Positions 41,213-52,286 of a stretch of DNA of 64,000 nucleotides are shown here, piece after piece. This stretch comes from an uncultured Chloroflexia bacterium. Its GTDB lineage: Bacteria > Chloroflexota > Limnocylindria > Limnocylindrales > CSP1-4. Within the stretch, counting starts at the first letter, position 1; every line of letters starts with the position of its first letter. A program made the position numbers and the translations under genes. The notes below the pieces were generated by a model. The model was not told the DNA's origin, searched no databases, and saw only the letters and a list, made by a program, of their open reading frames with translations. Location of the stretch: assembly GCA_963734535.1 (NCBI GenBank), contig CAVTHS010000004.1, positions 150,820-214,819 on the forward strand. Direction: 5' to 3'.

Positions 41213-42025
41213 CTACCCGCGCCGGAAGTGGGCGCCCCCCGTGATGCACGCGAGGAGCGTGAACCAGTAGCCGGCGAAGACCGCGGCGACGATCACGACG
41301 AAGACGGCGCCACCGACACCCGTGGAGCCCGCCGTGTCGACCGTCCTCAGGGCGCTCAGCGACCCGAACAGGATGAGGGTCATGAAGACGCCGCCGATCA
41401 ACCCGACCAGCGTCCCCAGGACCCGCCCCCACGTTCGCCGCATGAACATCCCGAGCGAGACCAGGATCTCGAGCAGTGCCCACACCAGCATGACCACCCC
41501 GATTGCGATCAGGGCCCCCCCGACGACGTCGCCGAGATTGGAGGCCTGCTCGCGGTTGAGGAAGTCGCTCAGCTTGCTGCCGCCAAGCACGAACCCCAGG
41601 GCTGGCAGGAGCGTGAGGACACCGGCTGCCAGCATGAAGAGCGCGGCAATGAAGGCGCGACCCATCGAGTGGCCCGGAGCCTGGACCTGGGCCGGCTGGA
41701 CCCAGCCGGGCGCCGCTACCGGCTGGCCCCAGGCGGGCTGAGCGGGCGGTGCCGCCGCGGGTGCAGGCTGGACCCAGGCCGCCTGCGGGGGCGGCGTCGC
41801 CGCCGGTGCCGGCTGGCCCCAGCCGGCCTGGGCAGGCGGCATCGGCGCGGGCGCGGGACCGGGAGCGGGTGCGGGGGGGACTACCCAGCCGCCTTGCTGG
41901 GGGGGCGTCGGCGCTGGTGCGAGTGCGGGCTGGCCCCAGTCGGGCTGCGTCGGGGCAGGCTGCGCGGGCGGCGTCGGTGCGGCCGGGTCAGGCACGCTCG
42001 TCGATGGTGGCTGCGGCTCGGTCAT
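41213..42025 (-). CDS. Membrane protein with a Pro-rich N-terminus (WGQP/WVQP repeats) and four TM helices
   Basis: ORF composition; AGGAGG RBS. Confidence 0.8.
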   Translation of the reverse strand: MTEPQPPSTSVPDPAAPTPPAQPAPTQPDWGQPALAPAPTPPQQGGWVVPPAPAPGPAPAPMPPAQAGWGQPAPAATPPPQAAWVQPAPAAAPPAQPAWGQPVAAPGWVQPAQVQAPGHSMGRAFIAALFMLAAGVLTLLPALGFVLGGSKLSDFLNREQASNLGDVVGGALIAIGVVMLVWALLEILVSLGMFMRRTWGRVLGTLVGLIGGVFMTLILFGSLSALRTVDTAGSTGVGGAVFVVIVAAVFAGYWFTLLACITGGAHFRRG

Positions 42026-42094
42026 GTTCCCCCTCCTGGTGCTTCATCCCCCAGGCTCGCGACTGTAGCGCCGCGCGCTCGCCGAGGGAAGGGG

Positions 42095-43505
42095 TCAGGG
42101 CGCGGAGGTCGCCGCCGGGGACGGGCCGGCCGAGGCACGTGGCGAAGCACCCGGCGTCGCCCGCGGGTAGAGCGCAGCGATCAGGAAGCGCGTCGCGTCA
42201 TCGCCGGTGAACAGGTCGCGATTGAAGAGGACCGCGACGCTGACCCGCTGCTTCGGCAACCAGCGGATCGACGCACGGGTCCCGGCCAGCGCGCCCGTGT
42301 GGCCCACGGCGACGAACCGCCCGTCCAGCTTGACCCGCGAGACGCCGAGGCCATAGGCGAGGGCGGCGTATCGCTCGATGTTCGGGTCGAAGGTGAGCAT
42401 CTCGGCGAGCGAGGCCGGCGCCAGGACATCGCCACCGTAGAGCGCCCGGGCCCAGCGGGCCAGGTCCTCCGTCGTGGATGCGATCGATCCGGCCGCGAAG
42501 GCCGCGGTGGCGACGGCAGTGAAGGGCGACAGCGTGCTGCCGTCGCTGAGGTCCTTCGGCAGGATCTTCCCGGCGTACCCGACGAACATCTGGTTCGCGT
42601 GCGCCGGCGGCACGGCGGGCGCCCCGACTCCCTGGACGTACGTCGACGCCAGACCGAGTGGCACGAAGAAGTCCTGTCGAACCTGGTCCGCCCACGGCGC
42701 GCCGCCGGCGAGCTCGGCGACCAGGCCGAGCAGGACGTAGTTGGTGTTCGAGTAGCCCCAGCCCGTGCCCGGCGGAAACGCGGGCTTCGCGACGAAGGGC
42801 AGGACTTCGCTCGGCGTCCAGGTGCGCCCCTTCGCGCGGTTCAGGGCGGCGTCGAACTTCGGATTCTGGAAGAAGTCCGCGAGACCGCTCGTGTGCTGGA
42901 GGAGCATCCGGAGCGTGATCCGGGCCGCGTTCGGGTAGTCCGGGAGCCATCGCGCCAGGGGGTCGTCGATCGTGAGCCGTCCCTGCTCGGCCAGCCGGAG
43001 GATCAGGGCCGCTGTGAACGTCTTCGTCAGGCTCGCGATGGCGAACGGCGTCTCTGGCGTCACCTTCGCATGGGTCGCCGCGACCGCATCGCCGGCGACC
43101 CCGGTCCACGTCCGCCCATCCGCGAGGATCACGGTGGCGGCGATGCCCGGGATGACCATCGCCTTCCTGGCCGCTTCGAGCGCTCGCTGGAGCCTGGCCC
43201 CGGTTGCGGCGTCGACGGGTGATGCGCGGCGACGGCGCGACCGCCGTGACCGGGGACGGGCTCGCTGATGGCGACCGCTCCCCCGCGGCCGCGGAGCCCG
43301 CCGGGGTTGCCGCCGGGACGGCAGCCAGCGCGGGCGACGGCGTGGGAGCCGGCCCGACCGCGCCAGCCGGCCCCGGGAACGCGCCCGGGAACAGGAGGAA
43401 GGCACCGGCGACGCCGCCGACGACGAGGAGGACCGCGAGCACGGCCCCGGCGAGGAACCGTCGGCGGCGTGGCCGGCGCGCCTGCATCGACCACGCCCGC
43501 GTCAT
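42095..43505 (-). CDS. Serine hydrolase, beta-lactamase / D-Ala-D-Ala carboxypeptidase family; frameshift near 43220
   Basis: IASLTK (SxxK), LLQHTSG, YSNTNY, GHTG; N-terminal TM helix; ATGA overlap with ligC. Confidence 0.88.
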
Positions 43506-44600
43506 CGGCCGCCCGGCTCCCGACCGAAGATCTGCGCGAGCTCGAACGGCGGCGTGGCCTCCAGCTGGTCGTAGCGGCAGGAACCGGGGTCCCGGTCGGG
43601 GCGCCAGCGGACGAGACGTGTCGCGTGCCGGAACCGGTCGCCCTGGAGGTGATCGTAGGCGACCTCGGCGACCCGCTCCACGCGCAGCGGCTCCCAGGAG
43701 AGGTCCTTCCCGCGGTTCCAGCGCGACGTGGCACCCGGCATCCGTCGCCCATATGCGGCCTCGGCCAGCTCGGGGGTCGCCCAGTCGCGCCACGGGTGGC
43801 CATCCAGCGCGCCGTCGCGCAGCGGCGCCAGCTCGTCCACGAGCTCACGGCGGCGTGCAGCGGTGAACCCGCTTGCGACACCGACGTGATGGAGCGTGCC
43901 GGCGTCGTCGTGCAGGCCGATGATCAGCGACCCGACGCCGCTGCCGGCCTCGTCCTTGTGCCAGCGGAACCCGGCCACGGCCACGTCGGCGGTGCGGGCG
44001 TGCTTCACCTTGATCCAACCCCGCTTCCCGGGCTGGTATGGCCCGTCGAGGCGCTTCGCGATCACGCCGTCGAGGCCCGCGCCCTCGAACCGATCGAACC
44101 AGTCCCGGGCGAGCGTCACGTCGCGCGTGAGCGGCGTCACGTGGATGGCGGGCACGTCCGGGCGAATCGCCATCGGTGAGGGCTTCGCGGCGCTCGGAGA
44201 ATGCGCGGTCGCGCAGGTCGTCGTCACCGATCGCGAGTAGGTCCCATGCGACGAAGCTCGCGGGTGTCTCGGCGGCCAGGAGGCGAACCCGTGACGCCGC
44301 CGGATGGATTCGAAGCAGGAGCGCATCGAAGTCGAGCCCGTTCGCCCCCGCGATCACGACCTCGCCGTCGACCACGCCACGATCGGGCAGCGCGTCCAGC
44401 AGCGGCGCGATCAGCTCCGGGAAGTAGCGCTCGAGCGGCCGCATGTCGCGGCTCTGCATCACGACCTCGTCCCCGGCGCGGAAGACGATGCAGCGGAAGC
44501 CGTCCCACTTGGGCTCGTACGCCCAGCCATCTCCCTCGGGGAGCGCCGCCTGCGGGGCGGCGAGCATCGGCTCGAGGGGTGGGACGAACGGCAGGCGCAT
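43502..44600 (-). CDS. ligC: ATP-dependent DNA ligase LigC; frameshift near 44180
   Basis: [64 protein letters not shown]. Confidence 0.92.
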
Positions 44601-44643
44601 CGCCCGATTATGCGGCGAGAGGCGCAGGTGATGGGCGGCGTGC

Positions 44644-46365
44644 TCAGGCCGGCTCGTAGGCGGGGTACTCGGGCCACCAGATCGACTCGTCGACCGCAGC
44701 CTCGGCGTCTGCGCGGCCCTGATCCCCTGCCGCCAGCGGCAGGCCGTCCACCGTTCCGAACGACCGAACGACCTCCACGGCGATCTCGCGCGACACCGAA
44801 CGCAGGTCGCGGATGGGCGGGTAGAGGGAGCCTTCGGCGAGGCGCTCCGCGGTCACGAGCCCGGCCAGCGTGTGCGCGGCCACGAGGAACTGGGTGTCGC
44901 TCACCTGGCGAGCCCCGGCCACGATCGCGGCAAGCCCGACGCCGGGGAAGATGAAGGCGTTGTTCGCCTGCCCGATCAGCCGCGGGCGTCCGTCCACGAT
45001 CACCGGGTCGAACGGGCTGCCCGTCGCGACGAGCGCGCGCCCGTCCGTCCAGGCCAGCACCTGGCTCGGGGTCGCCTCCGTGCGCGAGGTCGGATTCGAG
45101 AGCGGGAAGACGATCGGGTTCGGGCAGCCCTCCGCCATCGCCCGCAGGACCGGCTCGGTGAACGTGCTCGGCGTGGCCGTCGTCCCGATCAGGATCGTGG
45201 GCCGCAGCGCGCGAACGACCGACAGCAGGTCGGCGCCGGTGGCGAGCCCGAACGCAGCCAGCTCCGCGGCGCCGAGCGCGAACTCGTGCTTGTCGGCGTC
45301 GAGCCCGGGGCGGTCCAGGCCAAGCAGGCCCCTGGAATCGATGAGGGCGAGCGGAGCGTCGGACCTCGTCCTCGGGTGCGCCCGCGGCGACGAGGGCGGC
45401 CCGCACGAGCCGCGCGATGCCGGTGGCCGCGGCCCCGGCCCCGAAGAAGACGAAGCGCTGGCCGCGGAGCGGCTGGCCAAGGTGGCGAAGCCCGGCCAGG
45501 ATCCCGGCCACGATCACCGACGCCGTCCCCTGGATGTCGTCGTTGAAGGAGGGCAGCACGTCCACGTAGCGGTCCAGGATCCGGATCGCTGTGTGCTGCT
45601 TGAAGTCCTCCCACTGGAGGATCGCCCGCGGAAAGACGGACTTGACGCCGGCGACGAAGGCATCGATGAACGCGTCGTAGGCCGGCCCCCGCAGGCGCGG
45701 GTGGCGCCAGCCCGCGTAGATCGGGTCGGTGAGAAGCGCCTCGTTGTCGGTCCCCACGTCGAGCGAGATCGGCAGGGTGAGCGCCGGGTAGATCCCGGCG
45801 CCGGCGGTGTAGATCGCCAGCTTGCCCACCGGGATTCCCATCCCACCCGCGCCCTGGTCGCCAAGCCCGAGGATCCGCTCGTTGTCCGTGACGACGACCA
45901 GCCGGACCTCCTGCTGCGCCGCGTTGCGGAGGAGCTCCGGGACGCGGCCGTGTCCCCCGGCGTGATCCACAGGCCGCGCGGGCGCCGGAGGATGTGGCTG
46001 TACTCCTGGCAGGCCCGCCCGACGGTTGGCGTATAGACGATCGGGAGGAACTCCTCCAGGTTCTCGGCCAGCAGCCGGTAGAAGAGCGTCTCGTTGCGAT
46101 CCTGGAGGGCGGCGAGCCCGATGTAGCGCTCGAGCGCGTCCTCCTTGCGCCGGACGTGCTCCAGCTCCAGGCCCAGCTGCTCCTCGAGCGTCAGGACGTG
46201 CGAGGGGAGCAATCCGTGCAACCCGAACCAGTCGCGCTCCTCGTGCGTGAACGCGGCATCCTTGTTGTAGAGCGCGCGGCCAAGCAGCGAGCGACCCCGG
46301 AACGTGATGCGAAGCGGGCGGCGCGTGTCCGGCGCGCCCGGAAGAGAAGCGTGCGGGGCAGTCAT
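44644..46365 (-). CDS. maeA: NAD-dependent malic enzyme; frameshifts near 45950 and 45350
   Basis: [62 protein letters not shown]. Confidence 0.93.
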
Positions 46366-46477
46366 CCGCTGAGGGTAGGAGGGCGCCGAGCGCCCGCAGA
46401 GTGCCGTCTGCACCGAAGCCGCGCGGCGGGTGGCACGGTCGGTGACACGACCGGTGTCGCGCCGCCGGGCCGCAGCC

Positions 46478-46879
46478 TCAATGCGCCACGACGACGGTCG
46501 CCGCGGCGTGGGCGACAACGTGCCGGGAGACGCTGCCGCGGAAGGCGCGGTTGATCGGAGTGCCATCGCCGGACCCGATGACGATCGTGTCGAACCCGCC
46601 CTCCTCGGCGATCTGCTCGATCCGGCGCGCCGGGTCGCCGGACGGTTCCAGGACCTCGACGTCGATCCCCGTCGCGGCAAGCAGCCGCTTCGCCTCCTGC
46701 AGCTCGTAGGCGCGAGCGCTGGCGTCGATCGAGGCGTCGCCGGCCGGGCCGTCTCCGCACTCGGGCAGGACGCTCACCACGCTGACCGGCGCGTGGAATG
46801 CGCGGGCAAGCTCGCCCGCCGTCTCGAGGGCGCGCCGGGCAGGCTCTCCGCCGTCGTAGGCAAGGAGAATCTTCTTCAT
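46478..46879 (-). CDS. Universal stress protein
   Basis: [27 protein letters not shown]. Confidence 0.9.
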   Translation of the reverse strand: MKKILLAYDGGEPARRALETAGELARAFHAPVSVVSVLPECGDGPAGDASIDASARAYELQEAKRLLAATGIDVEVLEPSGDPARRIEQIAEEGGFDTIVIGSGDGTPINRAFRGSVSRHVVAHAAATVVVAH

Positions 46880-47022
46880 CGGCTCACTCCCATGGCGGGT
46901 CGGCCTCGGGCGGTCGGCTCGCGTGGAGGAATGGTCGCTCGACGCACCGCGGGCAGGTAGACCGAATGGGCGCGATCACGGGGGCCGCTCGGGATTGGCC
47001 CCAGGGCCATGGGGCAGGGTGT

Positions 47023-47679
47023 TCAGGTGAGCGTCGCGTTCGCCTTGGCCGGGTCCGTCACCCTCTCGGCGTCGGTCAGGTCGCCCGCCAGGTATCGCTG
47101 GACCGTCGGGCCGAGGGCCTGCACGAGCGTCTCCGCCGAGACGGAGGCCAGCGGCTCGACCGCAACCACGTACCGCGCCATCGCGAGACCGATGAGCTGC
47201 GAACCGGCCAGCGTGGCGCGGAGCGCCGCGTCCGGCCGGTCGATGGCGCGGGCGAGGGCCAGGAACGGGCCTTCGGCCAGGAGCTCGCGGAGCATCCCCG
47301 CGGCGACCGGGTCCGTGGACGCCGAGCGAACCACCCCCAGCAGCAGCGACCTGACCGCCTGCGTCTCCCAGAGCTCCAGGACGAAGCGGACGAACCGATG
47401 GCCGAGCTCGTCACGGGGACCGACCAGGATCCGGCTGACCATCAGCGCCGGGTCGAACGGGAACTCCATCGCGGCGACGAACAGCTGCTGCTTGGACCCG
47501 AAGTAGTGATGAACGAGCGCCGGGTCCACGCCCGCCCCGAGCGCGACGCCGCGGATCGTCGCCGCCTCGAAACCGCGCTCGCCGAAGCTCGTCCGCGCCG
47601 CGAGAAGGATCCGGGAGCGCGTGTCGCTCGCGCCGGGCCGGCGGCCCGTTCGGCCGGGCGTCCGCGCCGCGCCGGTCAC
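47023..47679 (-). CDS. TetR-family regulator
   Basis: TRSRILLAAR..F.ERGF..ATIRGVA..AGVDPALVHHYFGSK; GTGA overlap with the permease. Confidence 0.92.
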   Translation of the reverse strand: MTGAARTPGRTGRRPGASDTRSRILLAARTSFGERGFEAATIRGVALGAGVDPALVHHYFGSKQQLFVAAMEFPFDPALMVSRILVGPRDELGHRFVRFVLELWETQAVRSLLLGVVRSASTDPVAAGMLRELLAEGPFLALARAIDRPDAALRATLAGSQLIGLAMARYVVAVEPLASVSAETLVQALGPTVQRYLAGDLTDAERVTDPAKANATLT

Positions 47680-48821
47680 ACCACGTCGCGGCGGATCGTG
47701 AGCGCCGCGATCGTCCCGAAGAAGGCGGCGACGACGCCGAGGACGGCCAGATCGAGCTGGAGTGCCGGGACGCCCAGGTCCGCGCCGCGGATGAAGACCT
47801 GGCGCAGCCCGTCGACCGCGTAGTTGAGGGGCATGATCGCGACGAGCGGTTGGAGGATCGACGGCAGGTTGCTCACCGGGAACAGGACGCCCGACAGGAG
47901 GAACTGCGGCGCGAGGACGATCGGGATGAACTGGATGATCTGGAGCTCGGTCCGGGCAAACGTCGAGAGGAAGATCCCGAGGCTCACGGCGCCGACTGCC
48001 AGGAGCACGACGACGAGGAAGGCGAGGATCGGGCTGCCGCTCGCGGCAATGCCGAGGCCGATCGAGAACGCGGGAAGCGGGCCGAGCGCGCCGACGTGCA
48101 GCGACCCCAGGGCCCACAGCAGGAGCACCGCGACCTGGATCGTGGCGAACAGGCCGAACCCGAGCGTGTACCCGAGGACGACCTCCCCGCGCGTCACCGG
48201 CGTCGCCATCAGTCGCTCGAGCGTACCGCCGGTGCGCTCGCGCAGGAAGCTCACCCCGGTGAGGATGTAGACAAAGAAGTAGGCAAAGAACGCGACGATC
48301 GCCGGCGCGAAGGTCGTGACCGGGTCGTCCGTGGGGGTGCCATAGACCGTCGCGTGGTGGACGGCCGGGATCGCCGTTCCGGTCGCCTCCGTGGCCGCGG
48401 CCAGCACGGACCGCTGGATCGCGGAGACCTGGCCCACGTCACCGGACGGGTCGAGGCCGTTCGTGATCACGGTGATGTCCAGCGAGGCGCCGGATCCGGC
48501 CGCGGTCCGGATGACGATCCCGACCGACGCGGCCCCGTCCCCGATCGCCGCGCGGGCGGCCGCCTCGTCCGCGATGTCGCTGACCGTGGCGCCGTCGGCA
48601 CGGAGGGCGGCCTCGAGGGCGTTGCCGACCGCCAGGCCGCGCGGGCCGGCGAGATTGACGACGACGGCCGTGACCTGCGGCGCCTGGCTCTCGCGCAGGA
48701 TGAACGTCACCAGCCCCGTGATGACGATCGGGGCGATGAAGAGCAGGGCGAGCGACGGGCGGTCGCGCCGGATCTCCGAGACGACCCGCCGGAAGAGGGC
48801 GACGATGCGACGGCGGCTCAT
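47676..48821 (-). CDS. ABC-2 type exporter permease
   Basis: RERTGGTLERLMATP, PQFLLSG, MPLNYAVDGL. Confidence 0.92.
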   Translation of the reverse strand: MSRRRIVALFRRVVSEIRRDRPSLALLFIAPIVITGLVTFILRESQAPQVTAVVVNLAGPRGLAVGNALEAALRADGATVSDIADEAAARAAIGDGAASVGIVIRTAAGSGASLDITVITNGLDPSGDVGQVSAIQRSVLAAATEATGTAIPAVHHATVYGTPTDDPVTTFAPAIVAFFAYFFVYILTGVSFLRERTGGTLERLMATPVTRGEVVLGYTLGFGLFATIQVAVLLLWALGSLHVGALGPLPAFSIGLGIAASGSPILAFLVVVLLAVGAVSLGIFLSTFARTELQIIQFIPIVLAPQFLLSGVLFPVSNLPSILQPLVAIMPLNYAVDGLRQVFIRGADLGVPALQLDLAVLGVVAAFFGTIAALTIRRDVV

Positions 48822-49579
48822 CGGGTCACCTCGACGTTGCCGCCCAGGCGGAGGAACGCCTGCTCCAGGTCGGCGGTGCCCGCCTGCACCCGGATCTCCT
48901 GGCCGGTCCCTCGGGCGATGATCGTTCCGGAGCGGACGAACAGGAGCTCGTCGCAGCGGTCCGCCTCGTCCATGACGTGGCTCGAGACGACGATCGTGGT
49001 CCCGGCGTCGGTCAGGGCCCGGAAATGGGCCCAGAACTGGACACGCAGCAACGGGTCCACGCCCACGGTCGGTTCGTCGAGGAACAGGACGGGCGGCCGG
49101 TGGACCAGGGCGCACGCCAGCGAGAGCCGTCGGCGCTGACCGCCCGAGAGCGTCCCGACGATCGACGACCGCCTGTCCGCGAGGTCGACGATGCCGAGCG
49201 CATGCTCGACCGGCTCGCTCCCGTCGACGCCGTAGACGGCGCCGAAGAAGCGAAGGTTCTCGGCGACGGTCAGGGCCGTGTAGACGCCGTCGGTCTGGGT
49301 CATGTAGCCGATCCGGCCCAGGTTCGGGCGGGACGGCATCCTCGAGCCCAGCACCTCTGCCCAGCCCGCGGTTGGGACGGTGAGCCCGGTGAGGAGCCGG
49401 ATCAGCGTGGTCTTGCCGGAGCCATTCGGTCCGAGGAGCCCGTAGATGCGGCCGGGTGCAAGGTCGAAGGTGACGTCGTCGACGGCGCGCAGCGTCCCGA
49501 ACGACTTGACGAGGCCGTGGGCGCGGATCGCGGGCGGCGGGCCTGCGCCGTCCAGGTCCTGCTCGGCACGCAATGCCAT
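48818..49579 (-). CDS. ABC exporter ATP-binding protein
   Basis: GPNGSGKTT, LSGGQ, FLDEPT, SSH. Confidence 0.95.
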   Translation of the reverse strand: MALRAEQDLDGAGPPPAIRAHGLVKSFGTLRAVDDVTFDLAPGRIYGLLGPNGSGKTTLIRLLTGLTVPTAGWAEVLGSRMPSRPNLGRIGYMTQTDGVYTALTVAENLRFFGAVYGVDGSEPVEHALGIVDLADRRSSIVGTLSGGQRRRLSLACALVHRPPVLFLDEPTVGVDPLLRVQFWAHFRALTDAGTTIVVSSHVMDEADRCDELLFVRSGTIIARGTGQEIRVQAGTADLEQAFLRLGGNVEVTR

Positions 49580-49637
49580 GGGCGCGTCACCCTCCCGTGC
49601 GCGTAGCCGCAGTCGGCGGCACGTTCACCGTCCGGGT

Positions 49638-49666
49638 AATTCTACATCCGATGAATTCCAAGTCAA
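49638..49666 (-). promoter_or_regulatory. Sigma70 promoter TTGACT-N16-TAGAAT overlapped by palindrome AATTC-N10-GAATT (putative TetR operator)
   Basis: AT-rich island upstream of the ABC-TetR operon. Confidence 0.7.
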
Positions 49667-49704
49667 ATCGTCGCACCAGGTCAGATCGTCACCAAGTCAG
49701 ATCG
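49658..49704. repeat. Three direct repeats CCARGTCARATCG
   Basis: Copies at 49658-49670, 49676-49688 and 49692-49704. Confidence 0.8.
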
Positions 49705-49784
49705 CCCGCACTCGATCGCCGGGGACGCGCTCCCGCGCGCGTCGCGCCGCGGTGGCATCCTGCGGCTGTGAGCGGGCCACGAAC

Positions 49785-50645
49785 ATGACCGAGATGGCCG
49801 CCAGGTACGACCTCCGAGCCCGATCGTACGGGCGGTGCTGGGCGCCGGTCCTCGCGCCGGCGTCGCTCGCCCTGCTCGACGCGGTCGAGCCCACGATCGC
49901 AGTCGCGCCGGCCGCCCGGCTGCTCGACGCAGGGACGGGATCCGGGACGCTTGCAATCGCGGCCGTGCGTCGCTGGCCGCTCGTCCACGTGGTCGGTCTG
50001 GACATCTCGGCCGGCATGCTCGCCCTCGCTCGAGCCGGCGCCGACGCCACGCTCGCGGCGGACGACCGGGCGCGGGTCTCCCTCGTGGAGGGAAGCATCG
50101 CCGCCCCGGAGGAAGCGGGCCTCGCGCCCGCCTCGATCGACGCGGCAGTCTCGTCGTTCGTTCTGCATCTCGTCGCCGACCGCGTGCCGGCGCTCGCCGG
50201 GCTGCGGCACGTGCTCCGACCGGGCGGCGTGCTCGCGTTCGTGGTCTGGGCGGCGGAAGGCAAGCCATGGGCGATCGAGGCGGCATTCGACGCGGCCCTT
50301 GCCGAGACCGTGGCGCGCCACCGGGTGGCGGCGCCGGCTCCCGCCGGCGGGACGCGCGCCGGCCCGATCGGCTCCGCCGTCACGGCCAGGGCCGAGCTCC
50401 TGCGCGCAGGCTTCGCGGACGTCGAGGCCTGGGAGCCCAGGCTCCATCACCCGTTCGACCGGGCAGGGGCTCGCGCGCTCTTCGTCGACTACGACCGCGC
50501 GTTCGATCTCGATCAGCTCTCGCCGGTCATCCGGACAGCCGTCCTGGCCGCGTTCGACACGGCGCTGGCGAGCCTGCCGGACGCTGCGTTCACGTGGGAC
50601 GCGCCGCTCGTGGCGGCTCGGGCGATCCGACCGCGCGATCGCTGA
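49785..50645 (+). CDS. Class I SAM-dependent methyltransferase
   Basis: LLDAGTGSG, GLDISAGML, VLRPGG; start uncertain. Confidence 0.88.
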   Translation: MTEMAARYDLRARSYGRCWAPVLAPASLALLDAVEPTIAVAPAARLLDAGTGSGTLAIAAVRRWPLVHVVGLDISAGMLALARAGADATLAADDRARVSLVEGSIAAPEEAGLAPASIDAAVSSFVLHLVADRVPALAGLRHVLRPGGVLAFVVWAAEGKPWAIEAAFDAALAETVARHRVAAPAPAGGTRAGPIGSAVTARAELLRAGFADVEAWEPRLHHPFDRAGARALFVDYDRAFDLDQLSPVIRTAVLAAFDTALASLPDAAFTWDAPLVAARAIRPRDR

Positions 50646-50728
50646 CCGCGGGGCACGCTCGCGAGGAGCCCGGCGACGAACCTGGCGTTCGAGCAGCGCG
50701 AGGCCGCCCTGGCGACGGGGCCGCGCGG

Positions 50729-51367
50729 CTACTCGGCGGCGGCTTCGCCCTCGGCCGGCGCGGCGACCGGCGCCACCTCGGCCACGACCTCCGGCTCGGC
50801 CTCGACGACGCGCGGGGCGAGGACGCGGAAGACCACCTCGTCCGGATCGTTCAGGATCGTCGCGCCGGCGGGAACCGGCAGGTCGCGAACCGCGATCACG
50901 GCGTCGAACGTCGTCAGCGTGGAGACGTCCACCTCGAGGAACTTGGGCAGGCGGTCCGGGCGGGCGCGAACGCGGACGTGGTCGACCGCATGGATGAGCG
51001 TCCCACCCTCCTTGGTCACGGCCTCCGACTCGCCGAAGCTGTGGACCACCACGTCGACGGTCATGTCCTCGGTCATCTTCACGCGGAACAGGTCCACGTG
51101 GAGCGGCGTCCGATTGACCCGGTGGAGCTGGACGCCGTTGATGACGACCGGCGTGGTCTTGGCGCCCTCGACCTGGAGGTCGATCAGCGCGTTCGCCCCG
51201 GCGCGGCGGCGGAGCTGCTCGAACTCGTGCGCGTCCACGGAGACGGACGTCGAATCGCCGTGCCCGAACACGACGGCCGGGATCCGGCCAGCCTTGCGCA
51301 GGTGGGACGTCGCCTTGCCCATCTCCGTGCGGGGCAGGGCGGCAAGGGTGGGGCGGTCGGTGCTCAC
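50729..51367 (-). CDS. rplY: 50S ribosomal protein L25 (Ctc form)
   Basis: GKATSHLRKAGRIPAVVFG, PLHVDL, acidic tail. Confidence 0.95.
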   Translation of the reverse strand: MSTDRPTLAALPRTEMGKATSHLRKAGRIPAVVFGHGDSTSVSVDAHEFEQLRRRAGANALIDLQVEGAKTTPVVINGVQLHRVNRTPLHVDLFRVKMTEDMTVDVVVHSFGESEAVTKEGGTLIHAVDHVRVRARPDRLPKFLEVDVSTLTTFDAVIAVRDLPVPAGATILNDPDEVVFRVLAPRVVEAEPEVVAEVAPVAAPAEGEAAAE

Positions 51368-51535
51368 GGCGGGCCTCTCGGTTCGGACTGGTCGTTCTCG
51401 GGACAGGGCGGCGGCGCGGCCGGATGGGGCCGGGCGCCCGGTCGAAGGGTGAGCGTACCACGAGCCGAGCCCCGGGCTCCACGAGCGGGCTCAGAAGCGG
51501 AGCCGCGGGCCTTGCCGGTGTACGATCCGGCCGGC

Positions 51536-52234
51536 ATGGCGAGCACCATCCTCATCGTCGAAGACGAGCACGCGGTTGCGCGTGGAATCCAGTACGCCCT
51601 CCAGCAGGAGGGCTACGAGGTCACCGTCGCCCGGTCCGGCGAGGAGGGCCTGGACTTCGCCACGCACCAGGCACCCGACCTCGTGGTGCTCGACGTACGC
51701 CTGCCGGGCATGGACGGATTCGAGGTCCTGCGCCGCATCCGCGCGACCGACGGCAAGATGCCGATCCTGGTCCTGACCGCGCGCGACGACGAGGTGGACA
51801 AGGTCATCGGCCTGGAGCTGGGGGCGGACGACTACCTGACCAAGCCGTTCGGGCTTCGCGAGCTGATGAGCCGGATCAAGGCGCTTCTCCGGCGGGCATA
51901 CGGCGACTTCGCGGATGCCGGCGGCGGGCGCGTCCTGCGCCACGACGACCTCCTGATCGACCTCGAGCGCCGGCGCGTCCAGCGCGCGGGCCGCAAGGTC
52001 AACCTCACGCCGACCGAGTTCGAGATCCTGCGGCATCTCGCGGCCCGTCCAGGGCGCGTCTACACGCGGAGCGAGCTGCTGGAGCTCCTGCGCGACTACG
52101 AGGCGCTCGACCAGGACGAGAAGACCATCAACGTCCACATCAGCCACCTTCGCGAGAAGATCGAGGACGACCCGTCCGCGCCGGTCTTCGTGCTGACCGT
52201 GCGGGGAGTCGGCTACGCGTTCGTCGAGCGCTGA
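51536..52234 (+). CDS. OmpR-family response regulator
   Basis: ILIVED, LDVRLPGMDG, GADDYLTKPF, LTPTEF, TVRGVGY. Confidence 0.95.
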   Translation: MASTILIVEDEHAVARGIQYALQQEGYEVTVARSGEEGLDFATHQAPDLVVLDVRLPGMDGFEVLRRIRATDGKMPILVLTARDDEVDKVIGLELGADDYLTKPFGLRELMSRIKALLRRAYGDFADAGGGRVLRHDDLLIDLERRRVQRAGRKVNLTPTEFEILRHLAARPGRVYTRSELLELLRDYEALDQDEKTINVHISHLREKIEDDPSAPVFVLTVRGVGYAFVER

Positions 52235-52286
52235 CGCGACGGCCGTCGCCGGTCCCGCGGAGGCGCCCCGGCCCGGGCTGCGCCGC

